A stretch of DNA of 38,364 nucleotides from Paraglomus brasilianum (taxonomy: Eukaryota), in the NCBI GenBank assembly GCA_910592345.1, contig CAJVPI010000258.1, forward strand, positions 1-38,364, written 5' to 3'. Position 1 is the first letter of the stretch. Each line of letters opens with the position of its first letter. Positions 12,901-24,851 of the stretch are shown here, piece by piece. The translations under genes and the position numbers were made by a program. Under the pieces are notes generated by a model. That model was given only the letters and a program-made list of their open reading frames with translations, was not told where the DNA came from and searched no databases.

Positions 12901-14108
12901 AACTTACTTCTAGGTGAGATTAGCAGATTACATTCGCGATGTTATGGATATTGACGTTAATCCAAATGCGTTATTTGACGTCCAAGTTAAGAGAATACAT
13001 GAGTACAAACGGCAATTCATGAACATTCTTGGGTACGTCATGGCAAAATGTTGTTGCGTATAGTCAGTAGTATCATTATCTCACTTGCAGTCACTTTTTA
13101 TAGGGTAATCCATCATTATAACAACATTAAGAGCATGTCGCCAGAAAAAATGCGCAATGTTGTGCCCCGTGTGGTGATTTTTGGTGGCAAAGCCGCTCCA
13201 GGCTATTACATAGCCAAGCTCGTGATTAAGCTCATAAATAGTGTAGCCAGCGTCGTAAACAAGGATACAAACATTCAAGACCTTTTGAAGGTAATAAGTT
13301 TACTCAATGTTGTTGTACTTCTTGCTACCCCCGAGGCATTTCATTAAGCAAGATGCATTTTTTGTTAAGGTTATTTTCATTCCTGATTACAACGTCTCCG
13401 TGGCAGAAATTATCGTTCCTGCTTCGGATATCTCGCAACACATCTCCACGGCTGGCACCGAAGCCTCTGGAACGAGTAACATGAAGTTTGTTCTTAATGG
13501 TGGTTTAATTCTTGGAACGGTTGATGGGGCTAATATTGAGATTCACGAGGAGATTGGAGACGACAACATTTTTATGTTCGGGCATTTGGCTGAGCAAGTG
13601 GAAGATCTGAGATACGCGCACAGGTATTTTGGGTTGCTGAGTTGTTTGGGATCTCTATACGAGATTATAGAATGAAACATTTATATTCTCTCTTAGATAC
13701 CGTGATGTCACAATGGACCCGCATTTGAATGCTGTAATAAAGGACATTGAATCTGGAAGCTTCGGTGAAGCGCGTATCTTTGCTCCATTGATCAACACTT
13801 TGACGTTTGGAAAAGACTATTATCTTATTTCTGACGACTTTGGGTCGTATCTGGATGCCCAGAAGCTCGTTGAAGAAGCTTATAAGAACGAGAAGGATTG
13901 GGCTAAGAAGAGTATATTATGCACTGCAAATATGGGCAAGTTTTCTTCGTAAGTATCAATAATTGAAAGAAGATCTATTCAGTCATAATTTGAAGCTGTT
14001 GTTTTAGTGCGCACAGTTTATTTAACATATGTGTCCTATACCAACAGGGATCGCGCCATTAAGGAGTATGCTGAAAGTATCTGGGGTACTGTCCCAGTAG
14101 AAGTATAG
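9980..14108 (+). CDS. GPH1: Glycogen phosphorylase (GT35), ~20 exons
   Basis: Spliced motifs include [31 protein letters not shown]...[68 protein letters not shown], the PLP-binding [10 protein letters not shown], and [13 protein letters not shown]. Stop TAG at 14106-14108. Confidence 0.97.
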
Positions 14109-14800
14109 GCCTACGTGCAATTTTTAATTAAAAATGATTTGGTAAAAACATAAACTCAATAAAACCAATAAATTAATGCAAAAGACGATTTTGCTAGCCT
14201 TACATCGCGTTTATGCTCAAAAAGAACAAACGATAAATGCTGTACGTTCATAAATAACAATAGTGAACATCCCCTTTGAGGAACAGCATTGGTTTGAGTT
14301 TCTAAATGTGACGTGAAAATTGTTACTTGCGCTTCGCAAGTGGCACGTCGGTATTGTTCACTTGAACGATAAAAGAGCGCAAGGATATAAGTCAACATTC
14401 AATATATAACAAGGCTTGACGTGCCGTCTTCGTTGGGCGATATGACCTTTTTCATCTTTTCGATCGTAAACCAGAATATCCAGATGCAATTGAGGTGGAC
14501 ATCCGAGCCATATATCGTTGAATGGTAAATTGTACCTCAAAAATATTCTGATAAATACATTTACTTCCTTTTCATTTAAAGTGCTTCACCATAGTTCGTT
14601 TCTAATCTAATACTTTTTCTGAGAACAGAAAACATGGCTTTGCTGCACTAAAATATTTTATTACATTTCAAACAGCGAATAACAAAACGAACAGTTTATC
14701 ATTAATACAAAAACAAAATAATTTTTTATTGTTGGTACGTTTATAATTGTGATTTACAGCTAGACAAGTCCAAAAAGCAGGAATTACTCCAATAACAATA

Positions 14801-15458
14801 TTATTCACCAAACAGCCGTTGTATTCTCTTAAGTACGCTGTCTTTCTCAGAATCTAGTGCATACAAGAAAATGAATCAATAGCTTGCTTATATGATCTCC
14901 TATTCATAATCAAAATTTTGCTTACCGTATGGATGATCCTTCGATGGAATCTCAAGGACAGTTGGAAAGGCTTGGTCATGGTCGTCTACTAGCGGTCTTA
15001 TAAGGTCAGCAATCTGTTACAATACATGAGTATGTGTTCGGTATGTGAAGGTGAATAATTGTACGTTGCAGTAGATTCTATTATGATACAGTAGATACAC
15101 TCACATGCTGATTTATTAGAACAATGGCTATATCCTTTCTCTTTGTGAACTCCATGAAAGTTTCTTCTATCTTCGATAGCGGTGTTTCTAATATATTTAA
15201 CAAGAATTATTAGCAAAACTGACAGGGACGTATTATAAAATGCTATAAATTAGACCATAATTCTTACTGGCATCCACAACCAAGAAGTTTGGCTTTTGTT
15301 GTGTATTTATATGGCCTACACCGGCCAACAATAGTCCCGTAACCGAGTCCTTATAGCAACAGGGTTTGAGCGAACGAAGCGAAATACAAAGCATTAGTGG
15401 AAAATACCTCATCTCCGATAACAGCTACGAAATTTCTGTCTTTGTAATTTGCAGTCAT
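14801..15458 (-). CDS. VMA7: V-type H+-ATPase V1 subunit F, 5 exons
   Basis: Spliced product: MTANYKDRNFVAVIGDE|DSVTGLLLAGVG...NFLVVDA|KTPLSKIEETFMEFTKRKDIAIVLINQH|IADLIRPLVDDHDQAFPTVLEIPSKDHPY|DSEKDSVLKRIQRLFGE*. All introns are GT-AG. Confidence 0.96.
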
Positions 15459-15550
15459 GGTTAAGAAATGAAGACATGATCCGTAAGATTATCAACTTAA
15501 ATCGACCATGGAGAATGATTATCCAAATAAAAATCTCGAGTTGATAGATA

Positions 15551-15620
15551 CAAGTCGACCTCCCATACAGTCACCTCCCATACAGTCACCTCCCATACAG
15601 TCACCTCCAATATAGTCACA
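15551..15620. repeat. 15-bp tandem repeat ACCTCCCATACAGTC (3 perfect copies plus 1 variant), probably a solo pogo/Tigger-type terminus
   Basis: Units start at 15558, 15573, 15588 and 15603. The array is preceded by TA|CAAGTCG and has the same layout as the left end of the element at 8328. Confidence 0.7.
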
Positions 15621-16507
15621 TTTGCTTATGCTCTAATTCACTAGTACTAGTGTTTATTTTCCTTACAATTGCCGATTTTGGATCCCATTACTATGACACA
15701 GTCACAATCATAAAGCACAATAAATATTCTTGATAATAATAATAAACGCGAAATTTGTGAATATGCGAAACAAAATTCTACTTTAAACCTTGCAAACATT
15801 TCAAATATAATTTTCGCTCAACTGTAACCAAGATTTTATCAAAATGGCTTAGTATATTTTCGGCGTTCTGTTAAGCGTCTCAAAGTATGGAGTCATCCTA
15901 TGTTGTTGATCGCATGACTGTCCGAAAAGAAATGTCCAACATCACGGTTTGGATAACTTCATATTACTCGTTTGGTACCTAGAAATTTAACATTTAAATT
16001 GAGCGAGATGATTATCTGAGACGTGAGACCAATCGAATACTCGATAAGAGTCATGACATGATACAGATTTTATATGCATTAGGATATAGTAAATCGGCAA
16101 TCTGGTTTTTTCGATGGACACCGTTTCTTGACATATTGAATATCTTGTCTTGATGCTTTATATGCTTTGTAATTGTAGGTACAGCATTGTAAAATCTCCA
16201 ACTAAATTTATGCCTTCGCCAAAATCAAATTTCAAGAATAACTTCAATAAGAGCATTTATGAATTTGATTTTGGCACTGTCGACCAATCTTATATTGATA
16301 GGTCTCGAGTATGGTAAACAATATCTGTCTTCAGTTAGTAAATTGAATGGTAATGTATGTTACTTCAAGCTATGATTGAGCACGTAGTCAATCGCTTCTT
16401 ATTGTATGCGGTTTATTTTTAAAATAATAAAAATGCGTTTACCATCTCTTAAAAAGATTCTTAGAGAGAGTAAACACGAACGTAAGCACTCTACAAAACT
16501 ATGTCCC

Positions 16508-16625
16508 TGATATTGATGTGTCTGAGTTTGGGACCTGTCTCAGTTCGGAACCCAGTCACTCAGCCCAGAACTCAGTTGTCTCTCCAGGACTGAGACAGTT
16601 CCTCAACTAAAGTACAACAATATCA
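16508..16625. repeat. Imperfect long inverted repeat (~42-bp arms), foldback/MITE-like relic
   Basis: TGATATTGATGTGTCTGAGTTTGGGACCTGTCTCAGTTCGGA aligns with the reverse complement of TCCAGGACTGAGACAGTTCCTCAACTAAAGTACAACAATATCA. Confidence 0.65.
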
Positions 16626-17848
16626 AATTTCCCTCTATAATAAAATATCTTTATAGGAGATTGTCTCATTTCTTGCAATTGTGGTGGACTCAGAACGTGC
16701 CTCTTCTCATGCTCACTTTTTAATCGTCAGGAGTCTTACACAAAGTATGCATTAAATACAAAGTATCAACTCAACTAGACATTACAATGGTTGGTTATAT
16801 ATTACAATAACAATTGGAATTCAATGTTAGTTTGGCATTTATCCAAAAACGTACATCTTTTAACAAAAGCAAAAACCCCTTGAAAGGCCCAATTGCGTAA
16901 TGGCTATTATTTTTAGCTTGTCGCGGACCATCACCACTCAACTTTGAAGAATTTTAACCTATAATTCTTATATAAAAGGTCTAAGGACAAAGTTCTTTGT
17001 AAATCTATGAGTTGCGAATCAATGAAGAGAGTGCCGAATGTGCATTCACTTGATTTATGATTTCAAGTTTGCACCTGCAGACTGCAAAGCATTCAAATAT
17101 TTATACAAATTTGCATGTTCATTGATATCGAGCTGCTGCGACAAGGGGAGAAAATCGAAATTTTATTTCACACTCCTGAAACACTAAACAATTCCTGACC
17201 CACCCCACCCACTTCCTTGCATCCCATCAATTTCATCACCTTTTAACTCAAAAAACAAAATTGTCATCGCATAATACAAAAATAGTGGACTCATGACAAA
17301 TCAATGTGCCGTCGTAAGGTTTCAGTACCCAGTAAAGCTGTACAGTAAGAAAATATGACATGCAAATCGTTTGTGGGAAGTACGGCATCGTACGAAAATA
17401 GATCCGAGAGAACCAAATAATCTCCGTCAATACGATTGCCTAATCTGCTCACAAACCCATGTCTGTCCATGGTTTGCAATTAGAATCAATTAAATAGTCT
17501 AAAACATCGATACTTGCAGTAGTACTTTTTTTAGAGGCGTGCCCAGACCGATATTTGTGAGTTGTTAAAGAAGTAGCTGTTCTGTATTAAAAGTCTCGAG
17601 CAACCAACGAACAAAGGATTTCGGAATTAGAATTGCGTTCCAACCCCCATTGAATCTTAATCCATTGTTGAGTCTCTATCAAATAGTCCTTTTCTATATG
17701 GCACTCACTGTTCCTTCCCTGCAAATTCGTCGACGTTTCAGCTAGCCGCTGATGTTATATCAATACCATCGTCTTGATTCTATGGTCCTTCTTAATCTGA
17801 TATCAATCACTTTTATGATCCAGTCCACATTCTTTACGGTATCAAGTT

Positions 17849-18510
17849 CTATTTATTAGTTATTACATGTGAATAATGACCGGGTACTCTCTGTCGGCAC
17901 TTTTCACAATCGTCACGATAGCCCATTGTATATGGTAGCTGTATATGTCTGTTTCGATGATATTTGGATGGAGGTGAACATGTCCGAACACATAAAGGTT
18001 CTGGTTTTGCCTGCAAGAAAGGTACTTCATTTAGTATCGCAACAACGTCTGCACACATTAACGTAAATAACAATGGTTAATAGTAAAATCTAATCTCACC
18101 GTATTATCGTCCAAATTATCATTAGGTGATATATCGCATTCCATGAGCTCAACATCCTCTTGCACACTCATTGCCTGGGTTTTAGTATTCAGCTCTCTAA
18201 GTGGTTCTCCCCTATTTTGTTCACTTATTTCATGGAGCGATGACAGAGGTGCATGCCCCGGAGATAAGCGTAGTCGAGCAGAAGGATTATATATTTTCAT
18301 ATTTTTCTGTGTTAGAAGTTATAATCTTAGCTATTATATGGTCACAGAAGTCAGAATAGCAACTGATGAAGTAATAAGCAGTACCTGTGGTTGCTCAACT
18401 GAGTTTAGACTATTGCTCCTTGAGCGTTTTCGTCCACCGTGGTGTATGGGTACCGCACATGGACCATAGTATGTCCTGGTGAATTTTGAGTGTGCAGTAT
18501 TATAATCCAT
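17849..18510 (-). CDS. Uncharacterised 164-aa fungal protein with a C-terminal MGYRDDCEKC-x5-GHYSH putative metal-binding motif, 3 exons
   Basis: Exons 18510-18385, 18306-18100 and 18010-17849 are joined by phase-0 GT-AG introns into one open frame: MDYNTAHSKF...GGRKRSRSNS...YTMGYRDDCEKCRQRVPGHYSHVITNK*. Confidence 0.75.
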
Positions 18511-18983
18511 ACTTATGGCATTGAAATAAGATACATGACGAAAAGCGTGTTCAGTCTTTTTGGGTTAAATAGTTTTAGACTGTTGTGTCACGCAAAGAGC
18601 TAACCAAAACGAACCCGTGACTTATAATCTCGTGTGCTTCCTTGATTATGATGTATAAGATGTTCTGTCTTGATATTAATATAGAGAATTTAAATTTGGA
18701 TGATCTGATATTAATATGTGTGTAACACAACTTTATTTCGGGATTTTAGACAAATCAAGATTGAGTAGTCGTCGAATTACTAAAGTGCTTTTATCCTTAA
18801 AATTACAAACGACGATATAAAGCAGAATCTCGATCAACTTAGAATTACTGTTGAAAACATGGGCATGGTAAAGCTATAAATAGGCGCAGGGAGCGAAAAA
18901 GAATGATTGACAGTATATTCTAACGGGTTATAGTTAGCAAAATGCATTTATACCGGTTGTTCAACAATCTGCAGCGATGAATA

Positions 18984-19007
18984 TTTATTTATTTATTTAT
19001 TTATTTA
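18984..19007. repeat. (TTTA)n microsatellite at the left break of the Fanzor relic
   Basis: tttatttatttatttatttattta. Confidence 0.8.
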
Positions 19008-19009
19008 GT

Positions 19010-19885
19010 TCGTCTTTGTCAAAATCCACGTGGAACCGTTTTTATATCACCCATCTCCATAATCCATCAATGCTTTCCGCATACCGTCACAAGCCTGTTA
19101 TCACTCTGGACGACAAGGCATAATAATAAGTGGCCTGTTCCTCACAGAATAACATCCGATTGCAAGACCACATATATTCGCAAAACTAATGATGGAAATT
19201 TTCGTGGGTTTACGAGACGCAAAAACAACTCCCGCGTAACCCAAGCGGTAGTTCTATTCATGCAGTTTCCATGACCCTGGCGTTCGTACATTCTTCACAT
19301 GGTACTCTCCTACTAAAGGAGTAGGTAAAATTGGCCAATACAACATTGGACAAATTATTCGTCTATGCAAACATATGGATAATCTTCTTTTTATAAAGGA
19401 CAAGCTGGCTGCCACTAGTTCAAAACGTAAGAAGAAAAAGGCCATCTTTCAGACGCGACGAAAAAATCAAACACCTGCAAAGTGAGGTTCATAAAAAGAG
19501 TGTCGCATTTTTTACTCGCAAATTTGATGCCATTATCATCCCTCCTTTTGAGGTGTCGAATATGATAAATCAAAAAACAAGAGAGATTAATAACACGAAA
19601 AACCGTTCGTAAAATGCTCTGTTGGGGCCACTATCAATTTCGCCAACATCTAGCGGCCAAAGCAGAAGAATTAGGGGTCCATATTATTATCCAAAATGAG
19701 GCCTATACCTGCAGCTGTTCAAAAAATAGGAGGGTCCGAGATGTACAAGTACCAAAATTGTGGGACTGTAATGGATCGAGATGAAAATGGCGCTCGGTCC
19801 AGGCACTGCTTGATGGAGCCTTGATTCTCTCCGGAGAAATAGAGTATGCCTACTATTACTATTGATATGTTACAATCCATCCGAA
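19010..19885 (+). mobile_element. Fanzor2 / IS607-type TnpB RNA-guided endonuclease pseudogene (frameshifted, 5'-truncated)
   Basis: Translation across frameshifts gives ...ITSDCKTTYIRK...IHAVS-DPGVRTFFTWYSP (RuvC-I, D at 19273)...IKHLQSEVHKKSVAFFTRKFDAIIIPPFEVSNM...ITRKTVRKMLCWGHYQFRQHLAAKAEELGVHIIIQNEAYT(CSC) (E at 19698)...KIGGSEMYKYQNCGTVMDRDENGAR (RuvC-III, D at 19780)...ALLDGAL. Confidence 0.88.
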
Positions 19886-20408
19886 AATCCTATGTTCATG
19901 AAATTCACATATTTGTTGATTGTACCAAATGATGCATGGCTAGGACATTGAGGTGTCTATTATGACCTTGGGCAGTATAATAATGATGCATGGGCTTTGA
20001 GGGAGATGATGTCTTAGTCTATCTTAATTTTATATAATATAACGAGCTTGCTGTGAAATAAGAGTTATACTATGATCAAAAAGAGTCACATAGCATTAAT
20101 ATTTATCTCAATATTTATGAAATCTTGTAAATATTATGATTACTATTACTATAGACAAGAGCAGAGAAATCCCACAAATCTAAATATACAGCGTAGTTTA
20201 TATATATCAACATAGAGCTAGCATTATCTCATTTCAATTATCGTCTCTGGGCGAAAACTTATTGAAAGTTAATCCTCATCACCCACCAAATCGCTTTGAT
20301 TTCAACATTAACATTATTCTAAACTTCTTTATTCCCATTTAATTCGTTCACTCACAAACTCCAAACTATGACATTCTCACTTACGTTCTCAATTTCATAT
20401 CACAAAAT

Positions 20409-23400
20409 CTAGAATTTGAACTCTTTGTACTTCTTTGTAGGGGCCTGTCCACCAGACCCAGCATCACGTGCCGCAGCCTTGGCATCTGCAATCTTTTGAC
20501 GCTTTTTAGCCTGTTTACTTGCATGCTCAGCAACCATATCCGAGAGATCTTCATGAGCTCCTTCTGGTCGACTGGCCTGCAAAGAATAAACAAAAAAACA
20601 GTGTAAGAACGTGGAATGAACGACCCATTATGAAAGGATTAAAAGATAACATTCTTACCGCCTGAGCTTCGTCAAACTTAGCGCGCAAAGTCTCTTCGTC
20701 AAGATTCGCCATTTCAGACGGATCCAATGCAACTTCCACTCCGGCCCCCACTGCCTTGCGCTGAATAATTTACAATAAATTAGAACTATAATCGAGGTGT
20801 CTGGTGAAATAGATTGTGACGTGCTCACCTTCGTTCCTTTAGATGTGCCGGTGGCATTTGATATATCATATACGTGTTGAGATCCCATGAACCCTGTGAT
20901 CGATGTCTCTTTCTGCGGAAGAACCGTATATAATTGTTTTGGCTCTTCTTCTTCGGCTCTATTTAACACCGCAACATATATTAGCAGAATAATCACATAC
21001 TTGTTGATCTATCAATTCCATATCTCTCCCGACTACATATGTGACTCTACAACTGCAATTCATACCTCTGATACTTCCTCAGTTCAATAACCTCGGGCGT
21101 CTCCAATCCACTAGCCAAAGAAGGCGGTACATTAGCGGCAGCAGGTGCAGGTGCAGGTGGTCCATTCTGATACTTGCGTAATTCAATATAATCAGGTGTC
21201 TCCAGTCCACTGGGAACAGATGATAGCCCACTTGGGGTAACTAGTCCTTCTTGTAAGGCTTTAGATGAGACATCTTCTTCAACTCCTTCTTCTTGTTCTT
21301 CTTCTGTTTCCGACTCTTCCGACTCTGAAGCCAAGTGAAAAGGGAAGAAAAGGGGGGACAATAATATTGTTAATGCGAATGCAAAGAGTCGTTAGATGAT
21401 TAGAGACTTCAGTAATAATAATGCTGTTCATCATCCTATATGAATAATGATACAAGAATGTGACAAATAAATGAGTTGTAATGTACCGTCTTCCTCTGGC
21501 TCATATTCTCCCCATAGTTTTCGCTCAATAGGTTGGACCATCTTTAGATTTACAAAAAAAAAATTCAATAAATGTATATTCAATCTGTGTACACATAGAC
21601 ATACGAACCTCGGAAGGTATTTCCTGCTGATATGTTCCGAACACATCTCCATAGAGTGGTCGATTATACTAGAATAAAAATAAATAATCAGCACAAAAAA
21701 CTGTATGGTCTTTGCCAATTATTAAATTAACATGTCTTACCTCATCAACAGGCGGTTTTCCCCATCCACCAGGATGAAATCCCCACTGTGCCCTAAACGT
21801 CAGAATTTGTTTATACAGTCGTAAATTTTAATAGAACCCTCGTACAAATATATTCTTTTTTGTCCCTCTCCCTCTAATCCGCTTTCTCTAGTTCTTCCAA
21901 ATTCTATTTAACCTTACCCTTCAGGTATGGGCGCATTTAGACCAGGTATCTTTAAATTGGGATAACTCGGCGGTGGTCCATATCGTTGCATGGCGATCAG
22001 CCAAGGGGGTGGCGCTAGTGGAGGCATGTTCAAAGCCGCCTTTAATTCTTCAGAAAGCTGTCCTGGTTTCTTCTCTTTCAATTTAGTTTCGAACTCTTTT
22101 CCTTCATAGTAACTTGAAGAATAGTGAAGTGAAAACGTAAAGAAAATCAACCATGTTGTCATTCATATCAAAATGCAATCATGCCATCAGAATTTTGAAG
22201 CATCATACAGTTCACCGTGAATGGTAAGTTTAGGCCTGGTCTGGAATCGGAAGAAAGCATCATGCAATTTCTGATAATCGATATCTAATTTCCCCATCTT
22301 GGGTTGCACTCTTTCGCGTGTTTTCTGCTTGAGTTTGGCGGCATCTTCTTTTTCTCTTACTGCTTCGCGCATTTCCATTATACCGGTGTCTTTAATGAAA
22401 TCTATAGTAGTTGTGATGACCACAGGATTAATTTTAGCAAGAAATATCGCCGAACCGATTGAATAAGATAAACGTATTGAGATCACGAGCATAAACCTTT
22501 ACTGACCAGGCAATTCAAAGGCAGGCTTTTCAATTCCCCTCTTGCCTTGAAGATACTTGCGCTTCTGTGACCAATGTTGAGGAACAGGAACTGTGTTTCT
22601 GTATGACTTGATATGTACAAGTAATTTGGGGTCTGCTGCTGTCACATCTACCCACTAAAGAAGCGAAAACTTTGGCATTAGTTTCCATTTTATTAAATTA
22701 TCTCATAGCCTTGTTCGCTTTTACCAACCTCAACAACCTCCGGTCTTTTAACCAGCTGCTTCAGTTGAGCCACACTCAACCGATTCAATTTTCGCAGCTT
22801 TTTCTTTGATACTTTTTCACCCCTGTCGCTGTCCGAGTCGATTGTACTCTCATCTTCCGAATCGCTAATTCTGGCCTCTGTCAGGGCTGCAGGAGTCTCT
22901 GCTTTTTCTTCCTCTTTGAGTTCAACTAGAATCTGATAAGTTTACAAGTGTAAGACGTATAAAACTATATGAAGGGTATTATTAGGCAGCAGCGGACAGG
23001 ATGTGAAAGTACCTCAGTCTCTTCGGCGGTAATCTGAAAATGGGCAAAAACCTTTGAGAATTCTTCAAAGTTAGGATCGTTAGGTAAATCCAATGGTTGT
23101 GATACATACTCTATTTCTATTTCTTCTTGATCTTCGATTATTTGCTTATTCTGTTGTGGAAGAAATCATAGGCGAGGGAGGTATTTTAAGAGTCAGTAAA
23201 CGTTGGTATACCACTGACGGTTCGCTGGCATACAAGTACTATGAGAAGAGCGTAAATGAGATAATATCTCATCACATATAACTCTTGACGAATCACAGTA
23301 ATGAACCCACCTCAATCGCAATTTCCTTTGTCTTCTCTTTATTGACTCCTTTCCTCTTTTTCTTGCGTCTGTTCTTTCCTTGTGGTTTGGTGCCATTGTT

Positions 23401-23457
23401 TTTTGGTATATCGCCTTTGCTTTGAGATTGCTCTGTTGTAAGTGTTGCAACTTCCAT
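20409..23457 (-). CDS. SF3B2: U2 snRNP splicing factor SF3B subunit 2 (SAP145/Cus1), multi-exon
   Basis: Motifs: LSVAQLKQLVKRPEVVEWVDVTAADPKLL, VPVPQHWSQKRKYLQGKRGIEKPAFELP, RERVQPKMGKLDIDYQKLHDAFF, the PSP domain AMQRYGPPPSYPNLKIPGLNAPIPEG, GGWGKPPVDE, and a C-terminal KYKEFKF*. ATG at 23457. Confidence 0.95.
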
Positions 23458-24561
23458 AGTCTCGACTGAAGCAAAATGAGATTTTTTGGACCAGCTACAC
23501 AATAAAACCAGAATTACACATACAGTTCTAAATTTGGTAAGGATTGGCGATTATTGTTCCCAAGTCTTGTGATGTGACAACTCAATTTCCATATACTCAG
23601 TGATGATACCATACCGCTTTCCGTCTAGTCGCTTCGGATAGTAAAACTACTCTGTTTGTTGCATATATGAAAACAACTTACTTAAACAAATACGAAATCT
23701 TTTTTACAAAGCAAAAATCTTATGTTATGTGCAAGCCTATTATTATACACCAAATAATTAATATTCTTCCACCTTAATACAGGATGTAATACGATTAGCA
23801 TGCCATTAATAAATAAAGTTTTGTACGCTCTTTTTGGGGAGGGGATATACATAAGAACTAAGACATAGCATTTCAACATCTAAACGCTGAATTATGTATT
23901 TTACTTACCTGCTCTAAAACTTCTTGGTTTGTCTTACCATCTTTCTTCCGTAGGCATATCAAATTATTTATTATTATATGCTCTTGTTAATCACAACATA
24001 GTAATAACCAAACAAAGCAAATCATTACATATTCTAACGCCTTTATAGCTATCTAATTCTAGGACTGAGTATACATTGGCATGAATCGTTTTATAGTTCT
24101 CGCACAGTCGTCAACCAGCTTGACACGATATACGTACGTATTTAAACTGTTTACTGAACAATTTAGCGTTCAGATAAAAAAGCAACGTCCTTAATGAGAC
24201 AAATTATAGGAAAGGGGTTTAATTACATGTATCATAATTTTGATAATAAACAAAGACATTGCGGGCAGACAGAATAAAAACAACTGATTCACTGGGGCTA
24301 TTACAAAAGTAATGGCTTAATTTATTATACTGAACATATTAAACTCAATGCATGGAAGCTTTGTAGCTAATTACGCTTTTACTGAACTAAATTGTAAAGC
24401 AAAAAAGCGAATCCTTCTGAAATTACTAATAGTAATAGTAGCTTGTTTAGGAAAAAGAATATCAGAAATTACTCTAGAATTTTAGCACGTCAAAAACGTT
24501 TGATGAAAATGTGCCAATAAAAGAATGCATGCAATATAAAGTTAACAGGAAATTTTTCTAG

Positions 24562-24595
24562 ATAATAATAATAATAGTAATAATAATAATAATAA
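24562..24595. repeat. (AAT)n microsatellite
   Basis: ataataataataatagtaataataataataataa. Confidence 0.8.
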
Positions 24596-24851
24596 ATATG
24601 TTACAGTTATTTTGCGTACTTTGATTTATATAAATACAGGATATACACGGTATAATGACGAAAAAAGATTCGTAAGAGTCCCCTTCGTTCTATTGGTTCA
24701 CTATGTACCTATTGCTGTCAATCATTTATATGATCCAGTGTAGTTTAATCATTCAATCAATTAGCTTACTATTTAAAGTGCCCCTAAATGTGTCCAGACG
24801 TTCTCAACGTGTATACATCATTGGCTCCAACACATTTACTGAAAATCGTCT

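Noticed and set aside
19254..19445. 63-aa minus-strand ORF in the ORF track
   Set aside because: It is the antisense shadow of the Fanzor RuvC-I region on the plus strand.
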